A stretch of DNA of 55,916 nucleotides, filler included, from Sphacelaria rigidula (GCA_964200075.2; 5 parts of 5 records of this genome joined end to end with filler, not necessarily neighbours in it); one strand, 5' to 3'; counted from the first letter of the whole stretch, positions 23,147 to 36,527 are shown. The notes: a model not told the origin generated them from the letters alone. Numbers and translations are program-made.

Positions 23147-25636
23147 GACTATGATCTGTTAGCGAGTTGCTACCCCCATACAGTAGCATTTTCAGCACAA
23201 GTACAAATCTCTTGTTCCCCTCTGTATTGACCGCTGACGTCATTCCCATCACCAGCGGCAGCCACGCGTGAGAGACACACCCGCACAGCTCGCACAGAGA
23301 GATGCGTGCAACTATATCTCCCAGCACTTAACCTTGTGAGGAAGCATAGACCTACCGACGGGTAGTACGGACCACCGCTTTCCAGCACGGTGGCTATCAT
23401 GTGCAAGGTGCGTGGTGGGTGTTGTAGTGATAGCACGATGGAAACGCGGACCGTCTCTCCCACGAGTAAGAAAGGCAGCAGCAGCAGTGTCGGCACCGGC
23501 TGATTTAGCCCCACACCCAGCCGCGTACATCTACTGGCAAAAAAAATGCTGCTGATACTGCTGCTGTTGCTTCTTCTCGTGCGGAAGGCGATTTGCGTCT
23601 CGATCTGCGACAATACCCATACCCCCTTGCGCGTGATTGCCGCCCTTCTTGAAGTCGCTGGTCTGTTCGCGTGCTGTTTTACCGTCTCTGTATCACCTGT
23701 TCCCTATCCTAGCTTGCTCGATTAAAACAGCACGTGGTTTCTCGTGATGATGAAATTGTTGCCACTTCACTATCACCATCACGAGATAATCATAATGTTC
23801 CTTGTTTCGTTCAAACACCGCCTTACCCTTTGGGTGTAGAGCCGATACTGTGTATCGGCCGCGGCGTGACGCCTGCGGCGGTACTACCTGCTCACTGCAC
23901 AGCGGCAGGGTTTAGGGTGACAGAGCACACCGCAGAACGTCGCATCCTTCGTCTATCCCTGTCCTGTATTGATTTCGCGTTGTCCTATGCAGTTCGCAAC
24001 ATCATGAGAGCAGCCGTTGTATCGCAGCCAAGGTGTACGTAGATGGGATATAAACTTCCTCGCCAATCGCTATATTGCTACATCACATTTTTTAAAGATG
24101 TCCTTGTTGCAGCTACAGCGTGCGTTTGCCCCAGGTGGCGCACCCAGGAGTGAAAGGCTGCCTCCGTCGCTGTAATGGCTGCCTGTATCTTGGGCGAAGC
24201 TGTATGGTTACACAGCCGCGGCTGGTGCGCCCACATATACCGAAAGGGGGAGACCGGCGTCCAGATTTATGGGACGAGAACACACGCAGCACGCTCGACG
24301 TTGCGCAGTACACTTTCCACATACATCGTGTTCGTACTGTCTGTAGAAATCTTTTGTCCACGGTTGGGTACATTTTCCATATACTATGCAGGGGCAACAT
24401 CTGGGCGAATCGCAGGTGAGGCAATCGCCGAAATATTCACCTGCAAGCTCTGCTCCAGTGTACTGTAAGTTGATATCGCTAGAAGGAACCTACCATAACC
24501 ACCTTGCCGGCTGCCAGACTGTCATAGACTCTCAGGACGTAGGATCCGCTGGCGTTTCTACTGTCTGTACGGGGGTGTTGCCCACTTGTCAGGTACGTTT
24601 TGGAGCATGATACTCGATGTAGATCATCCTTGTACATGGGCACTAAACGCTGGGGGTTTTCACTCAAGACTTCGATTTGGAGGATGATACTAGGTAGGCA
24701 GCGGCAACTTCTGTGTGTCCAGGTGCCCCTTGGAGCAGGATGCGTTTGGTGTCCGTTTGACGAAGTTATTCGCAAAAAACGAAATCGATAAGAGTTTTGG
24801 ACTGGAAACATCTAGCAAAACAAATATCGCAAGAACCATGACGCAAGGACCACGGCGCAAAAAATCTCTTAGTCGAATTTTTACCGCAGCAGAAACCAAC
24901 TTCACTTCGTGAAATTAGAAAATTGATTCAGGCGTCGAGAGTACGTTACAGGACTCGGAGCAAGGGTGCGCACTCTTTTTTTCGAGCCATTTGTACGGGT
25001 TGGGTGGCCGCGAGTGAGAAACATCAGACTAACGTGGTGATCGAAACAATCACAAGTGAGATGCCTGCCTTTTTCAAGTTCTCTAGAGACAGAGCCGCAG
25101 CCTGTAGAAGGGGGTAGGGTGAGAAAAGAACAGTTCATTAAGCCAGCCGTCTGTGTACGTTGGAGCACTCCTGCAGCTAATGCAGCAGCTTGTAGACGCC
25201 CCCATAATGTTTATATTGTGTTTTCCGGGCCAATATGTATGTTATGATATGTGAACGTTTCCGCAAGGCAAGAAGAAGTGGGGGGAGGGAAGGCTGTGGG
25301 GGGGGGGGGGGAGTCTGTTGCCTAGACGGAGAGATGAGCAACCTTGTGTTTGGAAGCGGTTTATCACGTTTTTCGAGTGGNNNNNNNNNNTTGGGGGGTT
25401 GGGGTGGGGGTCCGTGTGGGTGCTGTGGCGGGCGGGTGGTGTGTGAGGGGGGCTGGGGGGGGGGGGGGGGAGTCTGTTGCCTAGACTGAGAGATGAGCAA
25501 CCTTGTGCTTGGAAGCGGTTTATCACGTTTTTCGAGTGGGGGACAAATAGCGCTGAGTCACAGGTAGGATGGGAGCGGAGCTGTTTGAAGGTTTCGACAG
25601 GATGAAGCTTATGCTTGTCGCTGGCGTCGGTCCCGG

Positions 25637-25826
25637 TGTAATGCGTTAGAGGACCGCGTGCTTAAAGGACTGCATCAGAATTTAACCCCTATAGTTAGTG
25701 TTGGGTTTGGGGTCAGGGGCGTGGTCCCTGCAGGGACTGGCCCGATTGGTTTTGAAAAAAGTCGATCCTGAGGTGTTTTGGACTACGATGCGGTCTTCTA
25801 AGTATGCGGTCCTCTCACGCATTACA
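25637..25826. mobile_element. 190-bp MITE with TGT..ACA termini and CCGG flanks (Ginger1-like)
   Basis: ~40-bp TIRs TGTAATGCGTKAGAGGACCGCRTRCTTARARGACYGCATC, with CCGG at 25633-25636 and 25827-25830. The interior has GGTTAG-like units. Confidence 0.75.
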
Positions 25827-26054
25827 CCGGAAACATTGCTTGGTTCGGAGGCTTCTTGATGCTCCCAATCTCACTACGGACTTGCTACCAATCTGATGTC
25901 CCTGACAACTACGCTACGGGCTGCCCGCTGCTCTCTCATCATTACGCAGGTGTAGCTCGTGAGTTTTGAGCATGGTTACGGGATATGTGGCCCGGTTCGT
26001 TTCTGTACTACTACCCTCGTACTCCACCTAGCCGTTTTCCTGTTTGGGGTGTTC

Positions 26055-26255
26055 GTCACACTTTCGATCCCTGCCCTTTCTCGGGGTCAATCCTGGGTTT
26101 CACGGGATGAAGCCATACCTCTCCCAGCACAAGTCCCACTATACACTTTGGTATCGCGGACTGGATCAGCCCAGCCGCATCGCGTTGACCCTCTCAAACA
26201 ACCGTTCTTTGCTACTCGCGCGCCCTCGCGTTTTCATCGATTCAAGTATGATACA
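26055..26255 (-). mobile_element. SINE body, diverged copy
   Basis: Aligns with 19151-19360 (CCCTT.CTCGGG..TCC.GG..GGGAT.A.CCAT.CTCTCCC..TTTGGTRTCGCGGA.TGG). Confidence 0.65.
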
Positions 26256-26524
26256 AGCACTACTGTACTCCTCGGACAAAAATCCGAAGTATATCTGGCG
26301 CAATTCGGATGGGCACTCTCCCGACTCGAGTCGTTTCATTCGTACCACTTGGAACGCCGATGCGTGGCGGCACCATGGCGAATCACGGTGAACGCTAGAT
26401 ACCAAAAGTCGGCGATGGGGAAATGGTGTTGCTCAGAACAGATCATGAAAGGAAAATCAGTTCCATCATACACTTGGAATTGCTGATGGGCGAGCCGGTC
26501 GTCGGGGGTCCCACAAGCAAATTC

Positions 26525-26700
26525 ATTGATTGACTGACTGATTATCGCACATAATCTGATCCCCAAGAGATACAGCCGTGGTCAATATCCACAACATGGA
26601 CATACCCAAGGAGCACAAGACAGCAGCACTCGCTAAAGAAAAGTCGACAAAGGGAGACGACAAGAGAAGATGGGGGGGGGGGGGACGAAGAGGAGGTTGA
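26525..26700 (-). mobile_element. Non-LTR retroelement 3' end with (CAAT)n tail, copy 4
   Basis: ATTGATTGACTGACTGATTATCGCAC..CTGATCCCC..CAGCCGTGGTCAATATCCAC..ATGGACATACCC. Confidence 0.65.
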
Positions 26701-27184
26701 ACAAACGGGGTAAATGGAGCAAAAAAGGGAGACGAACAAAAGCGTAGACAGAAAGTTAAAAACTACATAACCCGAGGTTCTGCCTGTTCCATGCACTCTC
26801 TCGATCAAACCAATTCCATTACACCCTTCTGGTGGACAATCGTCCGTGATTGGTGTTGATAGTACATAGCTATTTATTGCGCTGCAGCCGGGAAGATAAA
26901 AATATATTTTTGGACCACGATACGGCAAATAGCACTTCCATGGGAACGGACTTCATCTTGTGAACCGTGATCCTTCCAACACACAAAGTTGAGTAATAAT
27001 TCCAATGGATACCGATTGGAGAAATTTCGGATGAAAACAAAAAATGGCCCGCGATAAATTTTCGATTGACTCATTTGTCCGTTTGAATGCTGTCTAGTGT
27101 ATATCGAACATGATAATGCATGCACGTATACAAGTACAAGCTGCTTTACGCTCATCACCCAAAAATGTGTAACTAGCAATTGAC

Positions 27185-28670
27185 CTACAGTAGTTTTCAG
27201 CTGAACCAGAGGATTTTTGTAGTTTTGTCGTAGTCGGAGTTTATTCAATCGCCATTTCGCGTGACACCGCTCAACCCAGTGAACGCTTGATTCCCAAGTT
27301 GAAGGATCGGGAAATACTTGGCATCCAGTCCACGTTCCGAAACAAAAATCATATTTGCGCTCAATACTGAACGACTTACGGGTTGAACTTACCGGGAGTG
27401 TTATCGACCGTATTTGGTCCAAAACATATGCATTTTCGGCTCTGGCGCGATGGAGAGGTGACAACGGAAAATAAGGGTCTGTGAAAGTATTCACGAGAGC
27501 GATCGGGATTGGTTCACCCCACCCTGTGCTACGCAGAGCTCGGCTGGGCAATTTTCGTCGTTGGATACTTTTCGATTTTGTTTTCTAGAATAGTCTTTTT
27601 CCCTTTGCACTCGAAAGTCCTCGCGTCGGTGGATATTAGGAAAGAGGCAGGTTGTGCTGAGGACACAATCCTCTATTGGTGCCGTCGGGGTGATACAGAG
27701 TAAGTACCTCGTTTATCAGGAGGTGTTATCGGCTTTCACTGGTCCAAAAAACACAGTTATTCGGCTCTAGCGCAATGGATGGAGAGAAATTCAAAAAGGT
27801 ATTTCTCGTCATTTGCTCACGAGAACGAACAGGATTGCTCCAGCCGAGCGAAAATACCCGAGGGTCAGAACCTGGGGCTGGGTAATCGCAGGACTCCCGA
27901 AAGCCACTCAGCCCGCAAGTCGTTCAATATTGAGTGCAGATATGATCTTGCTCTGCAATGTGGAGCGGATATTAGCATCTCTCGATTACCATACTTTGGT
28001 ATCAAACGTTCACTGGGATAAATGGTGGCACGCAAAAACACTATCGAAATCGCAGGCTACGAAACAATGACAAAAATCTCCTTTTGCGGCTGCAAGCTGC
28101 TGTACTGTAGTGCTCTTCCTTTGCACTCGAGAGTCCTAGCTTCGACAGATGGTGAGAAATGAAGCAGGTGGCGCTTAGGACACAATTCTCAAGTTGGTGT
28201 TGTCGGGGCGATACAGGGTAAGGATCTTGGTCATCGGGGGAGGGGGGGGAGGGGGTTATTGACAGTCGCTGGTCCAATAAACGCAGGTTTTCGGCTGTAT
28301 CGCAATGAGTAGGTAGGAACTCAAATAACATATATATAAAGTCTATGTAAACATGTTTACATTTGTGCAAGAGAACGATCGGGAGTGCTTCAATCGTGAA
28401 ACAACTACCCAATGGTCGGAGCCTGGGGCTGGGAAGTCGCAGAGCCCGCGAGGACCGCGGTCACGCGGTAAGTCGTTCGGTATTAAGTACGGAGATAAGC
28501 TTTGTTTCGGAATGTGGAACGGATGGCTAGTACCCCCCCATCTCCAAACTTGGGGATCAAACGTTCACCGGGATGAGCGGTGACACGCGAAGAAAATACA
28601 ATATTGAAAATCGCCGACTACGAAGAAATGGCAAAAACAAAATTGTGTTCAGCTGGAAACTACCATGTAT
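27185..28670. repeat. Cluster of a diverged ~520-560-bp unit: two tandem copies, one partial copy, one inverted partial copy
   Basis: Units ~27595-28110 and ~28112-28670 both start CCTTTGCACTCGARAGTCCT. A middle part recurs at 27395-27515, and the 3' third is inverted at 27185-27385. Confidence 0.8.
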
Positions 28671-29947
28671 CTACTCCATAGTCGCATACACGGCATCATG
28701 TTGACCGCCGTGGACAACTTAAGAGGGTGACATCGCCGCACTCATGTTTGAAGGGTGGCGCTAGGAGGATAAAGTGCCGAGATCAGCGGCCTCCAAGTTA
28801 TTCGAAAATGAAAAGTACGAAAATCTCCATGCACTCGTTGCCCAGTCTCCACATGCTTCAAATCCTCGAAACCACCATCAGCTCGGGGATCTTACCGAGG
28901 GAACAGGTTTCAGAATGTTTGCTCCTATGAGATTGAATTATACCCCAAGCCGTGGTATTTTGGTGATGTGAGTTCTATTTGACGTGTTCGGATTTCCACT
29001 GATGATGTGCACCGAAGACTCATGAGGCCTCCTGATGGTTTACCTTATCTCTGTGGTAGAGAAGTTCAGATCCCCCTCAAACTTGTAAAGTAGGTAGGTC
29101 TTGATACTCCAAACGGAAGAGATGCATTTTCGAGGAAAAGAAATCAAAGTTTATGCGGTCTTTACTAGCTTTCTGGGGGTCCTCGCGTGAAGTTCCCCGA
29201 AAACCGGTACAGAATGCCTCAGGCTAAATATAGATATAATATATATATATATATATATTTGCTGCCCGGGATAGTCCAAGGAACATCTGTACGAAGTGTC
29301 GTTGCGTGATACAAAAAAGCTGATGCAACAGATCCATGAATCCCTGCTATGAATGATATTTTCCCCGAATAATTTGTTTTTTTCAGGGAGGGATACGTGA
29401 CACGTGACGTTTTAACCCTTTTGGAACTCACAATGGAAAATTGATCATTTGCAATTGACGGTTTCTGAGCAAGATATGGTTGATGGTTCATAGCTTAGAC
29501 GCAACAATTTTGGCCAAACCCGTATTTTTCAGACCCGTACGAATGACAAGTGGGACAAGAGAAGGTTTCCTATTTTCTTGCTGCGATCCGTCGGCTTTTT
29601 TTTCTACACTCATAAGGTCCTTCCTCGGCCACAGTGCGCAGCAGGCCTCTGTGAAGCATGCTTCCGGCCTGACCTGCACGCCCTGCCCGCTGCAGTTTAT
29701 ACTCTTTGCAGTGCCATAGCAACAAGGGCAACGCCGATGGCACATTCGCTAAATGTATGAACTGGCATGGCGGTATGCAATCCCAGGCAGTCACCTTTCC
29801 GTGCCACCGGGGGTGCTGCGACACTGCCCTATACAGTATTGGGTGTGTTCACAGCAGTTTGACGTAATCTCGACTGCAGACACACGTCATGCACAACATC
29901 GCGCTCATGCACGTTCCGACAGCACCATCCCGCCCTTTGAAAAATGA

Positions 29948-31013
29948 ATAAAGGCGACGCAGACGCCATGTGCCCTGCAGTTATGCACCGTCACTGTGGT
30001 GTAGAGTCTGCCAAGTGCCGTCGCCCCAGGGGTGATACCTTACTGCTTCGTGTCATGTCTGTATTGTATTTTGAAAATATCTCTGTAAAACGCGGGGCAT
30101 GCACAGAACTGCGCTCTGCCAAGTACGTGCCGACAACATCATACTTCGGGCTGACTATTACACAACGGCGTAGCGAAAGGCACAGTTGCCCCACCACATC
30201 TATACCGCGGGTTGATCGTTCCCGACCGTTGCATAGACATACTTCATGCTGCATGAGATTCATGACGCCGGCTACCGCTATCGTCTCGTGCCGTCTACTC
30301 TCGTGGCCGACTTTTCACGACATGCCCATATTTATCTTGCACGGAGTGTAGCCGCAAGTCAATACTGTAACCTACTGTACTTACTGGCTGTAGTGTTTTT
30401 CTCATCTGGCCTGACTACGGTAGGCGGTGTCCGTTAGCTCCCTCCCGTGTACATGTATATAGCCTGTTCGGACGCCTGCGATTACGCCCGCCATGTACCG
30501 TCCGAACAACCCACTGTGCCTTCCACATGTAGTGACGAGATTTCGCTGGGTTCAGCCATACTATGCTGTATGTACGGTGTGGCTTGGCAAATTCGCCACC
30601 CGATGCTGCAGCCCGTCAAAGCGGTGCTTCCCTTATGTACAAATGCTAATATACAAACGTACCAGGTTGGACCCTGGAGCCCATTGCTATTTTTTTAACG
30701 GAATGTTTCATAGTGGTTTTGCTAGTTATTGTCGATGGATATAATTGGACACACTTCATTCGTTGCGTGGTATGATTGGACAAACTTTACCCAAATTCTC
30801 CATGGAGGACATTCTTCTTCGGGCTTCCATTATAAAAATGGTTGCCGTCGGCCTATTCTGTTTCTATGTTTTCCTCTTCATCAGGGCTTCTCATAATAAG
30901 GCGTTTGGCGAGGGAACAGGAGGGGAGCGTTCTTAAAGGGTTAAAAGGGGAGCGGTGGGGATGTACTTCCTCTGTCTCATAAGTCTGGGAGGCTATGTTT
31001 GTACGAGCCCTTA
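29948..31013. mobile_element. Decayed element homologous to 17775-19072
   Basis: Same colinear blocks as 17775-19072. Confidence 0.6.
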
Positions 31014-31124
31014 ACGGTGTCCGATTTGATTTCCGATTTTTTTAATTGCATTCGTTGACGTTTTTTGAGCGAAAGAAAACACTCCTTCTACAACGTGGGT
31101 GCTTGACGCGTGCAGTCTCGCGGT

Positions 31125-31608
31125 CGAGAAAAAGTAGGTCGGCCAAAAAATGGCAATTTTTCGCTTTTTTTCCCACTAAAGCATGGGAGACCGGGGAACA
31201 CGACAAATCGACAAAAATCGTGAAAAAAAAGCGAAAATCGCAAAATAACCACTAATTTTAGATATCTCCGTGACGTTAACGTACGCACGCGCCATCTAAC
31301 AATTTTTCAGTCTGTAATCATTGGTGCTCGACGTAAAAACGTCCAAAATCGGTCAATATTGGGGTGACGAGAAAAAGTTGGTCGGCCAAAAAGTGGCAAT
31401 TTTTCGCTCTTTTTCCCAGTAAAGCATGGGAGACCGGGGAACACGAAAAATCACCAAAAATCGTATTGAAAAAATGAAAATCGCAAAATAACCAATAATT
31501 TTGGATATTTCGGTGACGTTAACCTACGCACGCGCCATTTCACAATTTTTCAGCCTGTGATCATTGGTGCTCGACGTAGAAACATCCAAAATCGGTCAAT
31601 ATTGGGGT
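31125..31608. repeat. 243-bp tandem duplication (2 copies)
   Basis: CGAGAAAAAGT.GGTCGGCCAAAAA..CAAAATCGGTCAATATTGGGGT starting at 31125 and 31368. Confidence 0.9.
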
Positions 31609-32927
31609 ATAAGTGGGCCAAATAGGGCCAAAACGGGTACATTTCGACATCTTCTTCATATTGACAACTAACTTTTTTTTTTTCGCATCAGCTTTGTTGG
31701 CGCGTAATCTTTCCAACGAACCCAACTATAGGATGATCGGAAAAGTTTGAATGTGCACACGATTCAAAGCCCATAACTTTCCAGACTTATGAGATAGAGG
31801 AAGTATTCCCTCGCGTATCGGTAAAAGCTGGAGTGCTTCCTTCATCTTCCATCGGAAGCAAAAACGTGCGGTATATCGCCCACTGCACTCAACGCCGAGG
31901 CTACTGTACTAAAGGCGGCTCCCACCTTCTGCCGTGCTTCTTGCTCTTCTTTCATGCAGGCCCGGTAGTTCTCAAAAAATGGCTGGCATGCTGCCTGTCC
32001 ACACGGGCGCAGAATCGAGCACGCGCGAGGGGTGGGGGTGGGGCACAGGATCGACAGAAGCGCAGCGAGAGATGGGACAGTGTGAGGGAGATACGGGGGT
32101 AGATGCAGATATATAGGCAGATACTAAACTTACAAAAAAAGGACAATGGAGAGGGAAACAGAGACGTGGAGAGGTTGGTAAAACAGAGGGAGAGAGGGAA
32201 TGAACGGGCGCTCGACAAGGGCGCAGAGGCAAACCTACAACGCGTTGGTGGTGGCTTCGATCTAATACCTCAAAATTGAAAATAGAGCCGAATTTATCAT
32301 TTGAGGCCCCGTACATCCCGGCAAAATCGCACCGAATGAACTCCGCATGACGGGGGCACGACAACTTGCCCCTCGAATAATGTCACAGCTGTTAGGCGAC
32401 TCGCACAGGGGGCGGCGGGGGGGGGTGGGGGACCTTACACAGGACAGGCGACTTTTGAACAGGACGGCGATGCGCAGGCGCTCTCTCAAGGAGAAACGGT
32501 GACGCATCCGCGAGCTTTCACCCACAACTTTGCGGCCACGATTAATCCTTTCATTGGAGAGGTCTCGGGATCGGGATTGGAGTCTTGAGTGAAATAATTC
32601 AATCGCACAATATTGCAATATTTTATACAACTTTGCAAACGTTCGACCGGCCATCACACACACTCCCTGGAAAATGACATTTTGAAAGTAAAGGATATGT
32701 CGGTGACATAAAACTTCAACGTGTCGAACGAGTGCGAATCTTGATCGTCGAGCGCGTAGTCCTTGGTTTGATCGACCGACTCGTCCCCCAGTTTTGCCTT
32801 TTGTTGGCCCTATCATGGCTCGATTCAACTCGTGGCTGCCAATTCTTGAGGAGGTTCTCGCCAACTCGGCGCCCCAAACCCGTGGTTGAACATACTTCGT
32901 TGTCGTCAAGCTTCAATCCTTGCTGAG

Positions 32928-33135
32928 GAGCAATGCTACGGTAGGGGTGCACTTTTCCCGCAAAATCTTGTCTGGTTTAGGGGCTCCTGACGATTCTAGA
33001 TGCACAAGAATATGGGTCAGGGTATCCCCGCTTGCAAATTCATTCGGGACGTCCCTAGGACATCGGAATAGTAATCCTGGCGTACTCTCACATATTTCAT
33101 AAATCGTGTTTTGGATGGGATAAAGGGCTCCTTAC
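32928..33135 (-). mobile_element. Partial copy of the 300-560 MITE
   Basis: GAGCAATGCTACGGTAGGGGTGCAC..GATTCTAGATGCACAAGAATATGG..TCGTGTTTTGGAT..AAGGGCTCC matches the reverse complement of 345-560. Confidence 0.8.
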
Positions 33136-33513
33136 AACCCTCACCCATACCCCAACTCAAGGGAGGTAGAGAACCCTTGGGCAAAGGGGAAGCAAACGGT
33201 TTCCCAAGCAACCTTGGTAGAGCTCAAAATCGGTCAAATCGGAACAGTTATTTGAGCCAACACGCGTGCTGAGGACGCTGGCCGAGCTCTTGAAACCATG
33301 AGCCCTGTAGACTTTCGCGTAGGATCGTTTGCACCAATGTCAAATATTTTTTAACCATGAGCTTTGGGAACCATTAAGCCGGAGGGAACTCTCTTGCAAA
33401 TTCTTCGGGATTACTTGCCATCACTCGAGTCAGACGCCCCCCCCTCATGATCATGAGTACACCCCCCCCCACATCACCACCCATGGGGCAGTGTCAAAGC
33501 TGTGGCTGTCTCT

Positions 33514-33613
33514 NNNNNNNNNNNNNNNNNNNNNNNNNNNNNNNNNNNNNNNNNNNNTTAATTAATTAANNNNNNNNNNNNNNNNNNNNNNNNNNNNNNN
33601 NNNNNNNNNNNNN
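33514..33613. other. Artificial contig spacer
   Basis: 44N-TTAATTAATTAA-44N. Confidence 0.98.
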
Positions 33614-33803
33614 GCTGGTACGTGACGTTGCTTACCGTTTTGTATGCGTGTGCTGCGCGCGCGTCTTACACAAATCATCATTTCTCAATGAATTCCGAAC
33701 AGATGTGAGTAAGGTCACGCACAACGTGCACAGCTGATGTGCAGCTACGGCTCGATTTGCTGCTAAACAAAGACTGCTGTGTGTAAATTAGCAAGGGCTA
33801 GCA

Positions 33804-33930
33804 GAGGGATGCTACGGTAGGGATACACAAATATTTTCTGAGGATAGAATTGTTGGGAGCCCTTCATCTCATCCAAAACACGACTTATGAAAATGTACGA
33901 GAGCACGCCAGGATTACGCTTCCAATGTTG
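33804..33930 (+). mobile_element. Partial copy of the 300-560 MITE
   Basis: GATGCTACGGTAGGGATACACAAATATTTTCTGAG..TTGTTGGGAGCCCTTCATCT.ATCCAAAACACGAC matches 304-430. Confidence 0.8.
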
Positions 33931-33952
33931 TAGGACTTGGGACTGGTGGTTA

Positions 33953-34145
33953 GGCCGTGTCTTATCAAATTGTTCTTGTTGACTCGAAAATGTACGGTGG
34001 AATCGAATTTGCTCGTACCTGATACGTCTACAGATTTCATGTTCTCAACCATCGGAGAAAATTAGTAGCGTGGACAAACCAGAAACGAGCGAATTCGATT
34101 CGACCGCACGTTTTCGACACCAAAATAATTTGATAAGACACGGCC
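33953..34145. mobile_element. PIF/Harbinger (Tourist-like) MITE, 193 bp
   Basis: ~75-bp TIRs starting GGCCGTGTCTTATCAAATT, with a perfect TTA TSD at 33950-33952 and 34146-34148. Confidence 0.88.
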
Positions 34146-35011
34146 TTAGGGCCTGTCTTTTCGGTCGAAAAACGGAGCGGTGGAATCGATCTGAGCGAAA
34201 AAATCTTTTTTTGATGCAGTTGGGTCCAGGATACTGACTGATACTGTATATTACAGAGAGACGAATACAACAGTACAGCACATCGAGCAATCTCAACGAA
34301 GACGAAACCGTCTTCGCAAGGTCTAAACACACCCCAGAACAGTGATAGCTACAGCAAATGAGAGCGGAAGTGAGTGTGTTTGTATTGCAGTACAGTGGGA
34401 CAAGATATGTCCCATGTTTTAGTTCTTCGGCTGATGTTAAACGGGCCCTCACTGTTTGCAGGGTGCCGATCTTGAACGCTCGGACATGTTCGCCCTTCGC
34501 GCAAATAATTGTAAATTAAATTATTCCTATGTATGGGTCCTGTGCCTGACATTCGTGACACGGGACATGCTCACTCGTGTACAATACACAGTCTGTACTG
34601 TCTGCACCGTTCACAAGCAGGGTGTCTTGAGTGCGTGTGTGCGTGTTTCGTTCAGGAGAATATGAAGAAGAAGCGGGCAACATGCAGTGCAGATAGCCCA
34701 GGACTATCAGTTCTCCCTGCTTACAATGCGACGTGAAGAGAACTTCAGCAACGCGCAGCTTTGTACAGACTGCACTATCCATGAGCGTGCACGCAACTCG
34801 GTTGCCCACCGTACCACGCAGTTATGTCGCTGATGCCCATCATGAGAGAAGACATGCAAGTTTTCACCAACAAAAAATAACAAAGCATACCCAGCTACTG
34901 CAGTGTATCTATCCACAAGTGATCGCGTGCTGTTCACCCCCCCTGTCCGAGTACAGGCTGTACTCTGCAAGCGCAGAGAGTACAGTAGTGACGGTGTCAT
35001 AATGTATACAG

Positions 35012-35295
35012 CCTGTCTCCAGGTTCTAAAATTGTGATAGAAAACACTGGAGAAGTGCCGTGTTGTCTTGTTTTCAGTGTAGTACTCTGCACTCCATATA
35101 CCACTGCAGAATTGTCTCATTTTCAGTGTACTACCCTGTACTCCAGATGATGGGGTCATGGTTTGAGCAGTTTTTGACAAGTTCTGTTTATTTCTCGAAA
35201 AGTTCCTGAAAAGCTCTGCTTGTTTTTTTGTCACATAAACCCAATACCGGATCTGAAATAGCCTGAGACAACAACCAATTTGAAAATTGGAATGT
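35012..35295 (+). repeat. Second copy of the ~280-bp dispersed repeat
   Basis: Aligns with 22870-23146. Confidence 0.85.
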
Positions 35296-36527
35296 CTGGG
35301 TTCTGGTGTCTAGGTCCTGGTCGCTTCTTTTTCAGCGTCGTTGCCACTCGATGCCAACCAAAGAGTCTAGGTGTGACGGAGGGAGGGGAGAATCAAGCTG
35401 ACTCTGAGTCCCAACGTTTCTCGCATCAAGCTGGTTTCCGAATCACCAGCTATTTGGTCGGCATCGCGTGAAATGGCAAAAGCCGAGCGCATCGAACAGT
35501 ACGAAAGTTCCACTTTTATGATAGTGTTAGCCGGTGTCACCGGATGAGGCTCGTCTTTGAGTGAGAAACCAGCTATCATGCGCTACGAAACCCGCTGACT
35601 CTCTAAATGACCGATTCTTCGATGCACGTTTTGGGCTGTTGCTTTTTTTTGGGCGGGGGGGGGACTGGCAGGGGGGGGGGGGGGAAGGGATTTGTAGAAA
35701 GTGTCAGAAGTCGACTTCCCAAGCAGGCCCGCCGCGGGTCTAAATGTTGAATTCATACGCAGAATACCTTTGAGAAAAAACATGTATACAATAGCGTCGA
35801 AGAAAGTGTGCATATGAGTGTCGTCGATTGCGATGCGGTTTCTCAATAGCATAGATATGTGTTTCATACAGCATACGGTCTGATGAGTTCACATTCCAGA
35901 GTGTTTCGGGAAACGAATGAATCTTTTGTCCGAGTGTTCGCCAAATGAATTATACCGAAGTTTCAACCGGAGTACTTGGTCTCGAGTAGAGCCGAAGTAA
36001 TCGATCTAAAGTATGCCTTTAAAGCGGCCAAATTTCGCAGCAGCCAACGTGAGAAGACCACATGTCGCGACCGTTGGTAAGTCTCCAAAATCCAAGAGAA
36101 GATAAACTTTTGTCTTATTCCAGGGATTCTGACCGAACTGATTCAGCGTGCTGGCATAAACACGCGGTCGAAAAACAATCACCAAGTCAGACACCCTGTT
36201 TGCGGGAGCGCTTTAATTAATTCGCATGCGCGCAGGAAGTATTTTTACGACGCATGAAACTTACCATCGTAGTACGCCACTCTCAAACCACCACCCACCT
36301 CTTCACTTTCATCGAATGCAGTTTTCTGCGTATTCTCAGACACATTGATCGAGGCCTGCGAAACAAGGCGGAAAAAAACGGAAAAAAACAAAAAAAACAC
36401 TGTAAACAACTTTTGGAAACCAATGAAATTCTTGCTTGCTCGCGATCCTCCAGAGTTTGGTATGTATTCAACTTCTCACGTGTGGAACTATCCCCTCTCC
36501 CCCACCTCTAATGCCCCCAACCGTGTA

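Noticed and set aside
25298-25539. ~80-bp duplication around a 10-N gap
   Set aside because: Two near-identical copies either side of a gap and poly-G noise. Most likely a scaffolding or haplotype artefact.
26874-27551. Longest ORFs in the track (225 aa here; 215 aa at 32262-32909)
   Set aside because: No recognisable domain and atypical composition. The first overlaps a repeat cluster.
28795-28890. MWRLGNECMEIFVLFIF resembling the TM5-TM6 loop of the 7TM-RGS
   Set aside because: Flanked by in-frame stops, with no supporting splice sites or neighbouring exons.
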